From Basidiobolus meristosporus CBS 931.73 (taxonomy: Eukaryota > Fungi > Basidiobolomycota), in NCBI GenBank assembly GCA_002104905.1, contig MCFE01000414.1, positions 15,484 through 79,483 of the forward strand: a DNA stretch of 64,000 nt, written 5' to 3'. Below the pieces are notes generated by a model. It ran no database searches. It was not told the origin of the DNA and saw nothing but the letters and a program-made list of their open reading frames with translations. How positions within the stretch are numbered: position 1 is the stretch's first letter; every line of letters begins with the position of its first letter. Positions 13,721-36,427 of this stretch are shown here, piece after piece. Made by a program: the position numbers and the translations under genes.

Positions 13721-16700
13721 CTTGGAGATATTGAAAGTGGTTGGGAGAACAAGTAGATTATGTGGTTTTCACTTAATGATTTATTGAATGTAAAAGTAGT
13801 ATTTATACTTTTACATGTTCTTGACATTGAAGAAATGTAGAATAGGCCTAAGAAGGCCCCAAGAACATGTATGCAAAGTTTGGGGCTCTTTGGACAACTT
13901 TGAAAATTTTCATGCTCTGGGTACCTGGTTTTTGGTGATAATTTTCTAAGTAAATCCCAGTAAGGAATTTGGTCAGTATTCTCTAGGATATGAAGGTAAT
14001 GATCTAAGTGACTAAGTTAGGTGAATATTTAGGTGGAAATACAAATTTTATAACACTCCCACTCAGCTAAATGTTCATACTGACTAGTCCTAATTTTGAC
14101 CTAAGATATTCACACTTGTCTCTAGCTAATGGTTTGGTAAATATGTCTGCAATCATTTCATCTGTAGGACAGTAAACCAAGCTAACTAAGTTATTCTCTA
14201 TAGCTTCACATAGAAAATGATGACTAATATCTCTGCGCTTAGTTCTAGCACAAAAAGTTGGATTTCTACCTAATTGTATACATTGTTGATTATCATAAAT
14301 AACATGCTCTGCATTTTTTGACATAAGCCTAAATCTTTGAGCAGCTTCCTGAGCTATATTACCTCTTTGGTAGCTTCACAGGCTACTATGTACTCTGCCT
14401 CTGTGGTAGAAAGTTCTACAGTTGGTTGCTTTCTTGAATTCTATGAAATTGCTCCTTTACAGTAAAGAAAGGTGTACCCTGTGGTGGATATCCTGTCTTC
14501 TAAGTTTTGTCCCCAATCACCATCAGAGTATCCCCCAAGATCTTGTTCTGAATCTTTATAGGTGTACCTTTAGCAGATATCAGCAGCTTCTTTAGGTATC
14601 TAATAATCTGCTTAACTGCTGCAATATGATCAGATCCATAGTTCTGATTATGCAGGCTGACAACTCCCACTGAATATGAGATATCTGGATGTGTTCCAAG
14701 CATGCTATAGGTCAGACCACCAATCATAGATTGGTAAGGAAAGTCAGGGCTTACAGATGGCACCAAGTTCACTTGATTTGGATGAGTTTTACCAAGTTAA
14801 GGTTTGTCTTCATTGGTGTAGCTGCCAATTTACAGTCTTGCATTTGGTACTTCATTAGTACATCTTGAATATACTTGTATTGGCTTAGGGCAATAATCTG
14901 GGTACTTCTGTCTATGGAGAGCTTTATCCCTTAGTAGTAACTGAGCTCTCATAGATTGGACTTCTTGAACTCTTTAGATAGGCTGGATTTAGTCTCTCTG
15001 AATGTTTCTAGATTCTTAGTGGCTATAATAAGACCATCCACATATATAGCTAATAGAACTGGATATGCTTTATCTGGCTTATAGTATATTCTATAGCAAG
15101 CATTACTTCTTTTGAAGCTCATATATTCTATATAAGAATATATCTTGCAATTCCAGGCTCTTGATAGTTGTTTGAGTGCATATGTAGATTTTTTAAACTT
15201 GCAGACCAAATGGGGGTTATCTTGGTGAGCAAACCCATCAGGTTGGCTCCTACACAGGTCCACAGCAAGTTCTCCATTCAAAAATGCAGCTTTTAAATTC
15301 ATTTGGTGTATTAAAACCTGTATTTGGCTGTAAAAGCCAATATTAATCTGAAGAAATTAAACTTGGCTACCAGTGCAAAGGTCTCAGAACAGTCAAGTCC
15401 CTTTGTTTGACAGTATTCTTTGGCTACAAGTCTTGCTTTGTATCTTTAAATTGTACAATCAGCCATGTATTTTGTCTTGAAGACCCATCTGCATCCATTT
15501 GATATCTGGTAGATTGGTAATTTGACTAAGTCCCAAGTTTGATCATCCATCAGGGCCTGATACTCCTCAATCTTTGCAGATCTCCAAGATTTTGTTTGAA
15601 GGCTATTTAGGACCTCTTTTACAGTCTGGGACTCATCAATATGGACTGAATAGGCATAGGCTGAGTTTGTACCCTCATTGATATAGTAATATGGGCTATT
15701 TCTGGTTTGGTTGGGTCTCCTGGCTTGTAATACTGCAATGATCACTTCTGGGATATTCCTGGACACTGATTCAGGCTGAATCCTGGTTGTAGAGTTCTCT
15801 AGAGTAAAGAATTATCATTGTTTTGCTCCAACTCAACCTTGACAATTGGTCAACACAAGAACAAAATTTTGTCGTCATCTGATGTCATTTTTTGTGAAAA
15901 TTTTGAATTTTAATCAAGCAACATATACCTGGACTTATTCAGCTTCTTTGCTTTAGTATTGTAGAGTCTGTATGCTCTACTCCCATTGCAGTAGCCCAAA
16001 AGTATGCATTTTACACTTTTTGGCTCAGATTTCATGTGATTCCTGGGCAGTTTCTTGGAATATGCTGGAAGCCCAGATATTTTTGGATGTTCTGCTCTTG
16101 GTCTCTGTCTATACCATGCTTCAAATGGAGTAGAATCACAAATTATTCTGCTATAACTCCCATTTTCAAGGTATAAAGCTGTGGCAGCTGAATCTGCCCA
16201 AAAATCATAGGATACTTGTTGATCATGAATCATAGATCATACCATATCAATTATTGATCTGTTTGCACATTCTGCTACTCCATTCTGCTGGGGGGAGTAT
16301 GGTTGAGTAGTGTCTTGCTTTATCCCATGAATTTTGCAGTAGTGGATGAAGAGTTTTGAGATATGTTCTCCACCATTGACAGAGCATATTATCTTGATTT
16401 TTCTTCACCAGTTTCTCCCTCCACCATAGCTTTAAGCTCCCTGAGCTTGGAAAGAGCTTCTTTGTTTCTTTCAATGAAGTAGACCCACATGTATCTTGTA
16501 TGATCATCAATAAAAGTGATCAAATACCTCATCCCACCCAAAGATACATCTTGCATTGGTTCACACCAATTGGAATAAATTAGATCTATTTCTCCTTAGT
16601 TTTGATTAATCCAGAGCTCTTGAATGGTTGTCTGGCTTGTTCCCATATATGCAGGCTTCACAGTGCTCCAATTTAGCTGGGGATTGTTCTTTGCTCTGGA

Positions 16701-18729
16701 AATTAGCTGATATTTGATCCTTTGGCTCAAATAATCAAAATTGGTGTGTTTAATTATCCTTTGCCAAGGTATTGGTGCTTCTTCATTTAAGCTACTTTTA
16801 TTGGCTTCCAGATATTATGAGATATAAGTCAATTTATATAGATTTTGATCTCTGATCCCCAAAGAAATATAGGCACCATTTTGTCAGTGATCCTGCATCT
16901 AGAATTGTCAAAGCTGAAACTGAGTTCTTCTGCAGTGGCTTTGCTCACAGATAGTAGGTACTTGGCTATTTCTAGTACATAGAGTACTTCTTTGAAGGTA
17001 GGTTTGTAGCTTCCTTAACTGCTTCTAAGGCTTAATTGGATAGTTTGTTCTCCCACTGCATCAAGCGTTCAGTCATCACTCATGAAAACCTTCTTAATTA
17101 GAATTTCTTGATATTGGATAAAAAGTTCTTTTTGGCATGTAAAGTGTTGAGATGCTCCAGAGTCAATGTATCACTTCTGAGAGTCCATGTTTGAGATCCT
17201 ATTTACCACAGATATGAATAGTGTATCTTCTGTTGTTGCAGCATTTCCATATTCAGGCTTCTTTTACTGATTATCTCTCTTTTTGAAGTACCAGTCTAAT
17301 GTGTGTCCTTTTCTTTTGCAGTAGTTGCAAAAAGGTTACTGTTGCCTTTAAAGGGTCTTGAGTACCTTATCTGCTGGTATCATTGCCTATTAAAGCATTT
17401 TTGTCTTCATTCTTATTGGCGCTTTTCTTAATTTTTCATCCAGGAGCCTTCCCTATACTTAATTTAAGGTCAAATCTTCAGTTTGGGACTCTAGGGCTGA
17501 TGTAAGGCACAGAACCCTGTCTGTCAGACTATTCAGGATGGTAACTATCAAATCCTCACTAGTAGTTGATATGCCCCCAGATTTCATCTCATCCACCAGC
17601 AGGGTAATTCTGCTAGTTAGCTTTTTCATTTCTTCTCCTGGCTGCATCTTTGTGGTAAAAGATTTTTGTCTAAGATATATTTTCTTAGCAGCTGAGCATG
17701 ACTGGTAAGTGTATTTTAATGCCTTCCTGACATTGCTTGCTATTTTGCTCTTGAGCATTGAATTAGCAATTTGTCTTTAGCATTAAGGCAAATGCAGTAA
17801 AAGGCACTTTGTTCTTTCTTCTGGTACCTTAAGGCTTCCTTTCCCATGTTTTTAGGAGGGCATTTTTCTCCCATGACAATATCCCAAAGGCCTCTTCCCC
17901 TAGCAGCATCATCATCTTCACCTTCCACACTTAGTAGTTAGGTCCATGCAACTTTTCAGCAGAGGGAAAAATTCTAGTAATAGCAATAGTAGTCATTACA
18001 GAGAGTGACAGCTTAGGGCTCATAACCTGTTGAAAGAGTCTTGGAGATATTGGAAGTGATTGAGAGGACAAGTAGATAATGTGGTTTTTGTTATAAGAGT
18101 CATGGAGATATTGGAAGTGATTGGGAGAACAAGTAGAATATGTGGTTTTCACTTAATGATTTATTGAATGTAAAAGTGGTATTTATACTTTTACCTGGTC
18201 TTGGCATTACAAACATGTAGAATAGGTTAAGGAAGGTCCCAAGAGCATGTGTGCAAAGCTTGGGGCTGTTTGGACAACTTTGAGAATTTTCATGTTCTGG
18301 GTACCTGGTATTTTGGTGAAAATATTCTAAGTAAATCCCAACAAAGAATTTGGTCAGTATTCTCTAGGATTTGATGGTGATGATCTAAGTGACTAAGTTA
18401 GGTGAGTATTTAGGTGGAAATACAAACTTTTACAACAGTTTTCACTTGATATTTTATTGAATGTGAAAGTAGTATTTATTCTTTTACATAGTCATGGCAT
18501 AATAAACACATAGAATAGGTTGAGGAAGGTCCCAAGAACATGTGTACAGAGTTTGGGGCTGTTTGGACAACTTTGAGAACTTTCATGTTCTGGGTACCTG
18601 GTATTTTGGTGATATATTCTAAGTAAATCCCAACAAGGAATTTGGTCAGTATTCTCTAGGATTTGAAGTTAATGATCTAAGTGACTAAGCTAGGTGAATG
18701 TTTAGGTGGAATAACAAGTTTTTACAACA
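13721..18729 (-). mobile_element. Near full-length degenerate Ty1/copia LTR retrotransposon
   Basis: Domain order is gag (17.9-17.4 kb), protease IDSGASQHF, GAG-pre-integrase, integrase (LITFIDDHTRY), RT (YKARLVAK, LAIYVDGLIIA) and RNase H (TEAEY, ADIFTKPL). PPT GAGTGGGAG at 14056-14064; PBS GGTTATGAGCCC next to the LTR at 18028. LTRs are 13721-14055 (lacking the terminal 12 bp) and 18028-18729. Many stops and frameshifts. Confidence 0.95.
18089..18437 (-). mobile_element. Solo copia LTR nested inside the 5' LTR of the same family
   Basis: TGTTA...CAACA flanked by a 5-bp TSD GTTTT (18084-18088 and 18438-18442); the host LTR resumes afterwards. Confidence 0.9.
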
Positions 18730-18895
18730 CTTGTAACATATCACAAAATTCTATGGCACTATCTTGGTCTACTGACACTATCAGGCACTATACTAAAATA
18801 TTAGCCCTAAAGTAAAACCTATACAAAGCACTTATAGTGATAGATTGTACCAGTGGACCAAGAGAGTGCTATACATTTTTGTGACATGTTACCAG
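18730..18895. mobile_element. MITE-like element with about 19-bp imperfect terminal inverted repeats
   Basis: CTTGTAACATATCACAAAA versus TTTTGTGACATGTTACCAG (2 mismatches), with internal GGCACTAT/ATAGTG motifs. No clean TSD. Confidence 0.6.
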
Positions 18896-19176
18896 CCACA
18901 GGAGCTAGATTCAGAGTGCCATGGGTATTGAGTACCAGATGCATGTCTTCAGTCCTTCTGTGCTCTTACAGATCCTGCATAACATTAATCCCAAAAAAAG
19001 GTCAAAAATGGATTTTCTCCACCACAATAGGTGAAGCGGAGGAGCTGCTTTGCATGAACATGAAGAGCTACGTTTCACACTCTGTGGCCAAAATTAGGTC
19101 TGTTATGCCTCTCTGGCACACAATGGCACTATTTGGCACTCATGGCTCAATGTGGCACTATCCAACAGAACAAGTC

Positions 19177-19459
19177 TAATGATTTATTGAATGTAAAAGT
19201 AATACTTATATTTAACATGGTCTTGGCATAATAAACACATAGAATATGTTAAAGAAGGTCCCAAGAGCTTGTGTGCAAAGTTTATGGCTGTTTGAATAGC
19301 TTTGAGGATTTTCATGTTCTGGGTACCTGATATTTTGGTGAAAATATTCTAAGTAAATCCTGACAAGGATTTTGGATAGTATTCTCTAGGATTTGAAGAT
19401 CATGATCTAAGTGACTAAGGTAGGTGAATACCTTGGTGGAATTACAAATTTTTACAACA
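19177..19459 (-). mobile_element. Truncated copia LTR (same family)
   Basis: Collinear with 18145-18437 and ends in ...TTTTACAACA. Confidence 0.85.
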
Positions 19460-19926
19460 ATTCTACCAGTATCAAGCTGGCTAATGCTCAAAGCAGAGAT
19501 AGACATCTAACCCATCCATGAGCATTCTTCTTTGAAGCTATCACTGTACAGGCCATGCTCAGAGGTCTGAGGTCAGCCAGAATGCATCAAGGACTCAGCC
19601 AACTTAGTTTGTCCAGGGTGGCATATGCAGAGAGGAATTGTAGTATAAGTGTAAAGTAGCCAGCAAGATATTGTGGGCACTGTTGCAGTGGATGATATAT
19701 AAACATGACTTATGTGGCAAAGCACTGGCTATAGTATTTGTAATACTCTCTATGCAGTATACATGCTTCATGGCTGAGAAGCTTGTTACAATAACCACAC
19801 GGTTCTTTTTCTCTTTGCTTTAGGTGTCTAATCAAAGTGGTCTTGCCCATGGGGTAAACGGCTTGATATTCAGCAATGCAATGCTATTGCATCACATTTT
19901 TGTCAATATTTATCAGAGTATAAGGT

Positions 19927-20443
19927 TATCATGATCACATGACACCCCTGGTCTCCATTGTTCAAGCTCAATCAAGTTGGTTAAGAAATCCTAGTTCCTT
20001 CTAGAAAGTTCTACTATCTTCTAGCAGCATCTGGAAAGCTCCAAGTCAACATTGCACAATGGAAGCTCCCCTTTGGAACTTATGTAGCGCAACACCATAT
20101 ATGGTAATTACATGTCACATGACCTAGTCACATGATTAGATAACCCCTGGCATATCCCCATGTGATATTCTAGTCTGTTCTTTATTATACTTCAGTCTCA
20201 GCACACTTACTGTGCCTCACCCCAGAACCACATCAGTATTAGCCAATATCTCTTGGCATCCATGTTGCCAAAAAGTATATATAGTTCTATCCCCCCTTAT
20301 GTATTCCTCAGTCTGATAAACACAGATCTTGAATAAACAGCCTTGCCTTGGAAATTTGCCTTGCCTTGTTGATCCACACCCAAGTTCTTTCTTGGTCCTA
20401 CCTTGCCTAGCTCTACTCTCCTGCCTTGTGTCTATTCATAACA
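19927..20443 (+). mobile_element. Solo LTR of a second family (gypsy-like by composition)
   Basis: Ends are TATCATGA (mutated TG) ... TCATAACA, with a 5-bp TSD AAGGT on both sides (19922-19926 and 20444-20448). TATA-like GTATATATA, AATAAA and CCTTG-rich U5-like repeats are present. Confidence 0.75.
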
Positions 20444-20585
20444 AAGGTAGTCTTGTATATTAGACATCACACCTACATGAATGTAAGATTTAACAACTAC
20501 CCACCATAGTTAGTATTATCAATAAAGTTGCGGTACTGTATACACATGTATACTTACTACCTTGGCTTGACTCACTTCCCATTAT

Positions 20586-21705
20586 ATGCCACCAAAAAGT
20601 AAAGTAAAGTCCTTGGGCTCCCAACCAAAGCCCATTGCAGACAGTGACAGAAGAACACTTGGACAATAGCTTGCTTTGACATTCAGTGCAACAAGCAGAT
20701 TCACATCAAAATTGTTGACAGCATTCTGTCCCAAGAAACTAATGCCAACTCCTCAGGCTTTCAGCTAAGTAAGCAATTGAGAATATTTGTGGAGCCTCAA
20801 GCAGATTGTGATGCTCAGGCACAAGAGTACATAGAAAATGCAGTACCTTTGGTGAAAGACCACCAATTAGCTGTCATAATATCACCATTACTGGTACTTG
20901 AAAGTCTGTTTTCAACTCATACTAAAGCATTAATGGGGCAATTGGATGCAATGGCTAGTAGGATAGATGCAATGGCCCAAAGAAATCAGGAAACAGTCGA
21001 AGGACTGGATGAGCAGATAATGCTTATAGAGGAATCAACACTGACAGTAGAAAATGCAGTATCTTTGCTGAAAAGATGGAACTCAAGTAGCCCAATAATA
21101 CAGACTAGGATTGGGTCATTAACAAATGCAACAGCACAGGAACACTATACAGAGTGCCAGATGGTGCCATAGAGTGCCAATTTGGGATCAAAATTGACAT
21201 GCATATGACCCTAAAATATCAAATTAATAACAAGATATACAGCACTCTCTGGCACTATGATCAATGGCACAATGGAACAAGTCTATTATATGAGGCACAA
21301 CAACAGTACCCAAGGATAAAGCTCACAGAATAACCTGTCTCAGTGTGTGAGGGAAAGATTGTTACTTATGTACCAAACCCTAAAACTCAAAAGACATTGC
21401 AGATCTGTGAAGCTGCCAGGTGCAATGATGATGAGTGGGCTAATTTCCAGAAGCCCATAAGAAGTCTGGCATGCAATTATCTAAAGGTCAGCATACCTTG
21501 GGACCATCAGGAACTAAAGGCCAAGCAGAGTGCACTTGACCTGTTCTATGAGCACTATCCTGGTTTTAAACAAGCTAATGGATTTTGGGCCAGCAATGGT
21601 ATACCAAGAAGATATCTCAACAATTGTAGTAACTATCAAAGGCTGAAGAATAAGGAAGTCATGGCTAAAAGCCAGCAGCTTCCTCAAGTGCCTGTTACAA
21701 GCTGA
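20586..21705 (+). pseudogene. Degenerate CpG-depleted gene, probably a transposon accessory ORF (coiled coil plus small W-rich helical domain)
   Basis: MPPKSKVK... start at 20586; coiled-coil ORF 20777-21172; ORF 21343-21705 (IPWDHQ...YPGFKQANGFWAS..RRYLNNCSNYQR). It sits in a TE island and is CpG-poor. Confidence 0.4.
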
Positions 21706-21799
21706 GCAGAGGGTTCTAAACAAGTGGCAAGGAAACATCATGGAGTTGACAGAGTGCTGGCAAAGGAGAGGCAGGCAGAAACAGACATACCGGTGCAGT

Positions 21800-22384
21800 A
21801 TTTAATCAGGGGTGTATACAATTAGGTAAAATTCCAACTTTTCATGCTAGAACTAAGCATGGAGATATCATATGTCATTTCATATGGGAAGCTATAAAGA
21901 ATAACTTAGCTAACCTAGTTCACTGTCCTACACATGGAATGATTGCAGACAAACTCACAAAACAATTAGCTAAAGACCAGGTTTAATATCTTAGATCACA
22001 ATCAGAACTAGTTGTGGGGAATATCAAGTTGAGTGGGAGTATTATACATTTATAATTTACACCTGAGTATTCACTTAACTTGTTTAAATCATAGTTGCAA
22101 AATCTCAGTGAATTCTGACCAAAATCCATGTTGGGATTTACTTGGAATACTTTCATCAAAATATGAGGTACTCAGAACATGTAATTTCTTGAAGTTGCCC
22201 AAGCACCCCCAAGCTTTGCACACATGTTCTTGGGACCTTCCTAAACATATTTGACATGTCTGTTTTGCTCAAGAGCATGTAAAAATGCAAGTACTACTTT
22301 TACATTCAATAAATTGTTAAGCAAAAACCACATAATCTACTGGTTCTCCTGATCACTTCCAGTATCTCCAGAACTCTTACAACA
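21800..22384 (+). mobile_element. Copia 3' fragment: RNase H end, PPT and LTR
   Basis: NQGCIQLGKIPTFHARTKH..ADKLTKQL; PPT GAGTGGGAG at 22031-22039; LTR 22040-22384 ending in CAACA. Confidence 0.9.
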
Positions 22385-22389
22385 GAATG

Positions 22390-22590
22390 TGGGTTGGAAT
22401 ATCCCAAGAATGTGTGTGCCAAGTTTGGGGCTCCTTGAGCAACCTATTGATTTTTCATCTCCACAGTGCCTGATACTTTGGTGCAATATTCTTGAAGTAT
22501 TCTACCCAGATTCCCGGTTGGAGTTTACTAAGATATGTAGGCAATGATCCCAGTGACTAAGGGAGCATTTAGATGTAATCACAAAATTTC
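22390..22590 (-). mobile_element. Older diverged LTR fragment related to the copia family
   Basis: Recognisable blocks (CCCAAGAATGTGTGTGCCAAGTTTGGGGCT, AGTGACTAAG) are shared with the other LTR copies. Confidence 0.6.
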
Positions 22591-23292
22591 CAACCAAATA
22601 CACCACAAAACCTCAAGCGTGCTCTACGTAGCTAGGGAAGCATACTATGTTCCATGTTGTACAAGGGTTAAACTATCTAACCGAAGCAAACACCATCCAA
22701 CTTGGTAAAAGCAATGATCAGTATGTGCAGGGAAAGGTCTCAGAAACCTTGGTGCAAGTTTGGAAATGTTGGGGGTTCCCGAGACTTGCATGATCCAAGG
22801 AGTTGGTAGCCACCCTACCAAGCATCTCCTAAGAGAATGGTGGGGATTTTGGTGGTTAGCCAAGTAGAAGTTTGTGTCACATGAATCATGGACGTGGTGT
22901 CTTGAATGACCTGAACAACTATTTAGGTGCCACACAGGTGATTCGCAACCCACCTAGTTGACAATCCAGGAGAATAAAAAGGATCTCTTCTCTCTACCAG
23001 TGCATGCATTGCTATATTCCGGAGAGCCCATGGGATGGTTCGACCCTCTCTGGCTGAGGTGCTGAGCAGTTGACCGTCATGGTCAACATAATCCCCAGGC
23101 TGGTCACGTGCACGCGTGACATGACCGCTTAAAGTGATAGGCTGTTTGAATGGAAAGTTCGCTTATGTAGGAGTTTATTGTATGTACAGAATGGCTGCAG
23201 CCAGATCCACCGCGGTGTTGGGCGCTACCCAACCTGGCTGCAGACAGTCTTGAAGCATAAAGAGAACACAAACTGGAAGTTTCATGCGAAAG

Positions 23293-24713
<1,421 letters not shown>

Positions 24714-24972
24714 TGTTGCGGCCAGGTTAGAATATTTAGACTCGATAATTCGATTGAATATGTGGTGATGCAAGTCCAAGTTAGAAAGCCAGCCAAGGCA
24801 AATTGGAATACTTATCGATTGAATGATTTGAGGTGGTGATTTGACGTCATGAATGAATGCAAAGTCATTTTGGATTTCACATGACCACCACTGCCTTCAA
24901 CAGGCTCCATCAATTAAACAGATCCCATATGCTCTCGATTCCTATATAACCAACCACAGCACATCAGGAACC

Positions 24973-25630
24973 GTATCCTTGTGCATTGGTATACCCACAC
25001 CTGTGAAGTTTCAACTGAGGTTGGGTTATTGCTGATTGAAAACTACTACCAATACCCCACTTTCACGACTTGAAGAAGTCGGGAAAGTAATTTTTGTAGT
25101 GGCCTTCTTGAAGGCCATATTTCTTATAAACAAACTCAAAATACATGAATACTATTGCGTTGATATCCGAGTCTGCGCTGTCTCGTAACATCGAAGGTTG
25201 CTTGCTGTGGGTGAACAAGTCCGACTTGTAATGATCACCAATCAAGGGCCTCGATACGTATGAATGAATAGTTCATGCTAGTAATGCTGCAAATCGAAAT
25301 CAAATTGCCACTAAATATATAGTTTGAAGGCCTAACTTGCCCTACAGCTATTAGCCTTAATGGTGTTGGTGGCCTTTTGAGCACATGGAGTGTCGGTTGA
25401 TATGCTATATGTAATATATCGACAGAATGCTTACTTTTAACAATTACCAAATTTGTTTGATTTCAGTGTTTGTAATGAAGAAATATGGCCTTCAAGAAGG
25501 CCACTACAAAAATTACTTTCCCGACTTCTTCAAGTCGTGAAAGTGGGGTATTGGTAGTAGTTTTCAATCAGCAATAACCCAACCTCAGTTGAAACTTCAC
25601 AGGTGTGGGTATACCAATGCACAAGGATAC
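24973..25630. repeat. Perfect 153-bp inverted repeat (24973-25125 / 25478-25630) with a 352-bp spacer
   Basis: Base-by-base reverse-complement comparison found no mismatch. Confidence 0.95.
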
Positions 25631-25884
25631 CTATCCACCAAGCCAAGCCCGTCGGATATATACCTACGATGGGTGATTTGGGATGGTCGAGATTTGTCCG
25701 GGGCAACTGAAATTTGCCGTGGGTATGGCAGTGGATGCTTGGATGCTTGGGTGCGTTGAATACCCAAGAATTTATTCCAAAAACGTCCCTTGATTTCGAT
25801 TCCTGGATTACAGTATATGGTTGGTGTTTGAAGGGTTGAGGAGAAGGGAGGGATAGCTTGGCAGGGGCGAGGTTACATGGGCGC

Positions 25885-36042
<10,158 letters not shown>

Positions 36043-36427
36043 TCTTCAGTGTTGGTCGAATGAGTGCATGGATAGAAATTAAACAAGTTCTCGTGTCGAG
36101 TTTCATGTTTATTTGTTTTCTTGAGCTCAGTATTTTGCTCATGATTTACAATGGTAACAGTCACATCCAGTGACTGGCTGCGGTAAACTGGGATCAATTT
36201 TACTCTAGTGTACGATCGGTGAATGTATGCTTAGAGCTTGAGGCAGTACTTCTGGTTCTTGGTCCATCGTGAGGTAAACCCGATGACTAGCTCAAATAAT
36301 TGTAGCCACCAAACTTGCATTTCTGCACATAGAAGAATTCAAAATGATATGACTGTTTACTGTTTTTTGTACAAAGTTTCTATTTTAGCTGAATATGTTG
36401 AATAGGATAAATCCGCCAACCGTTACT

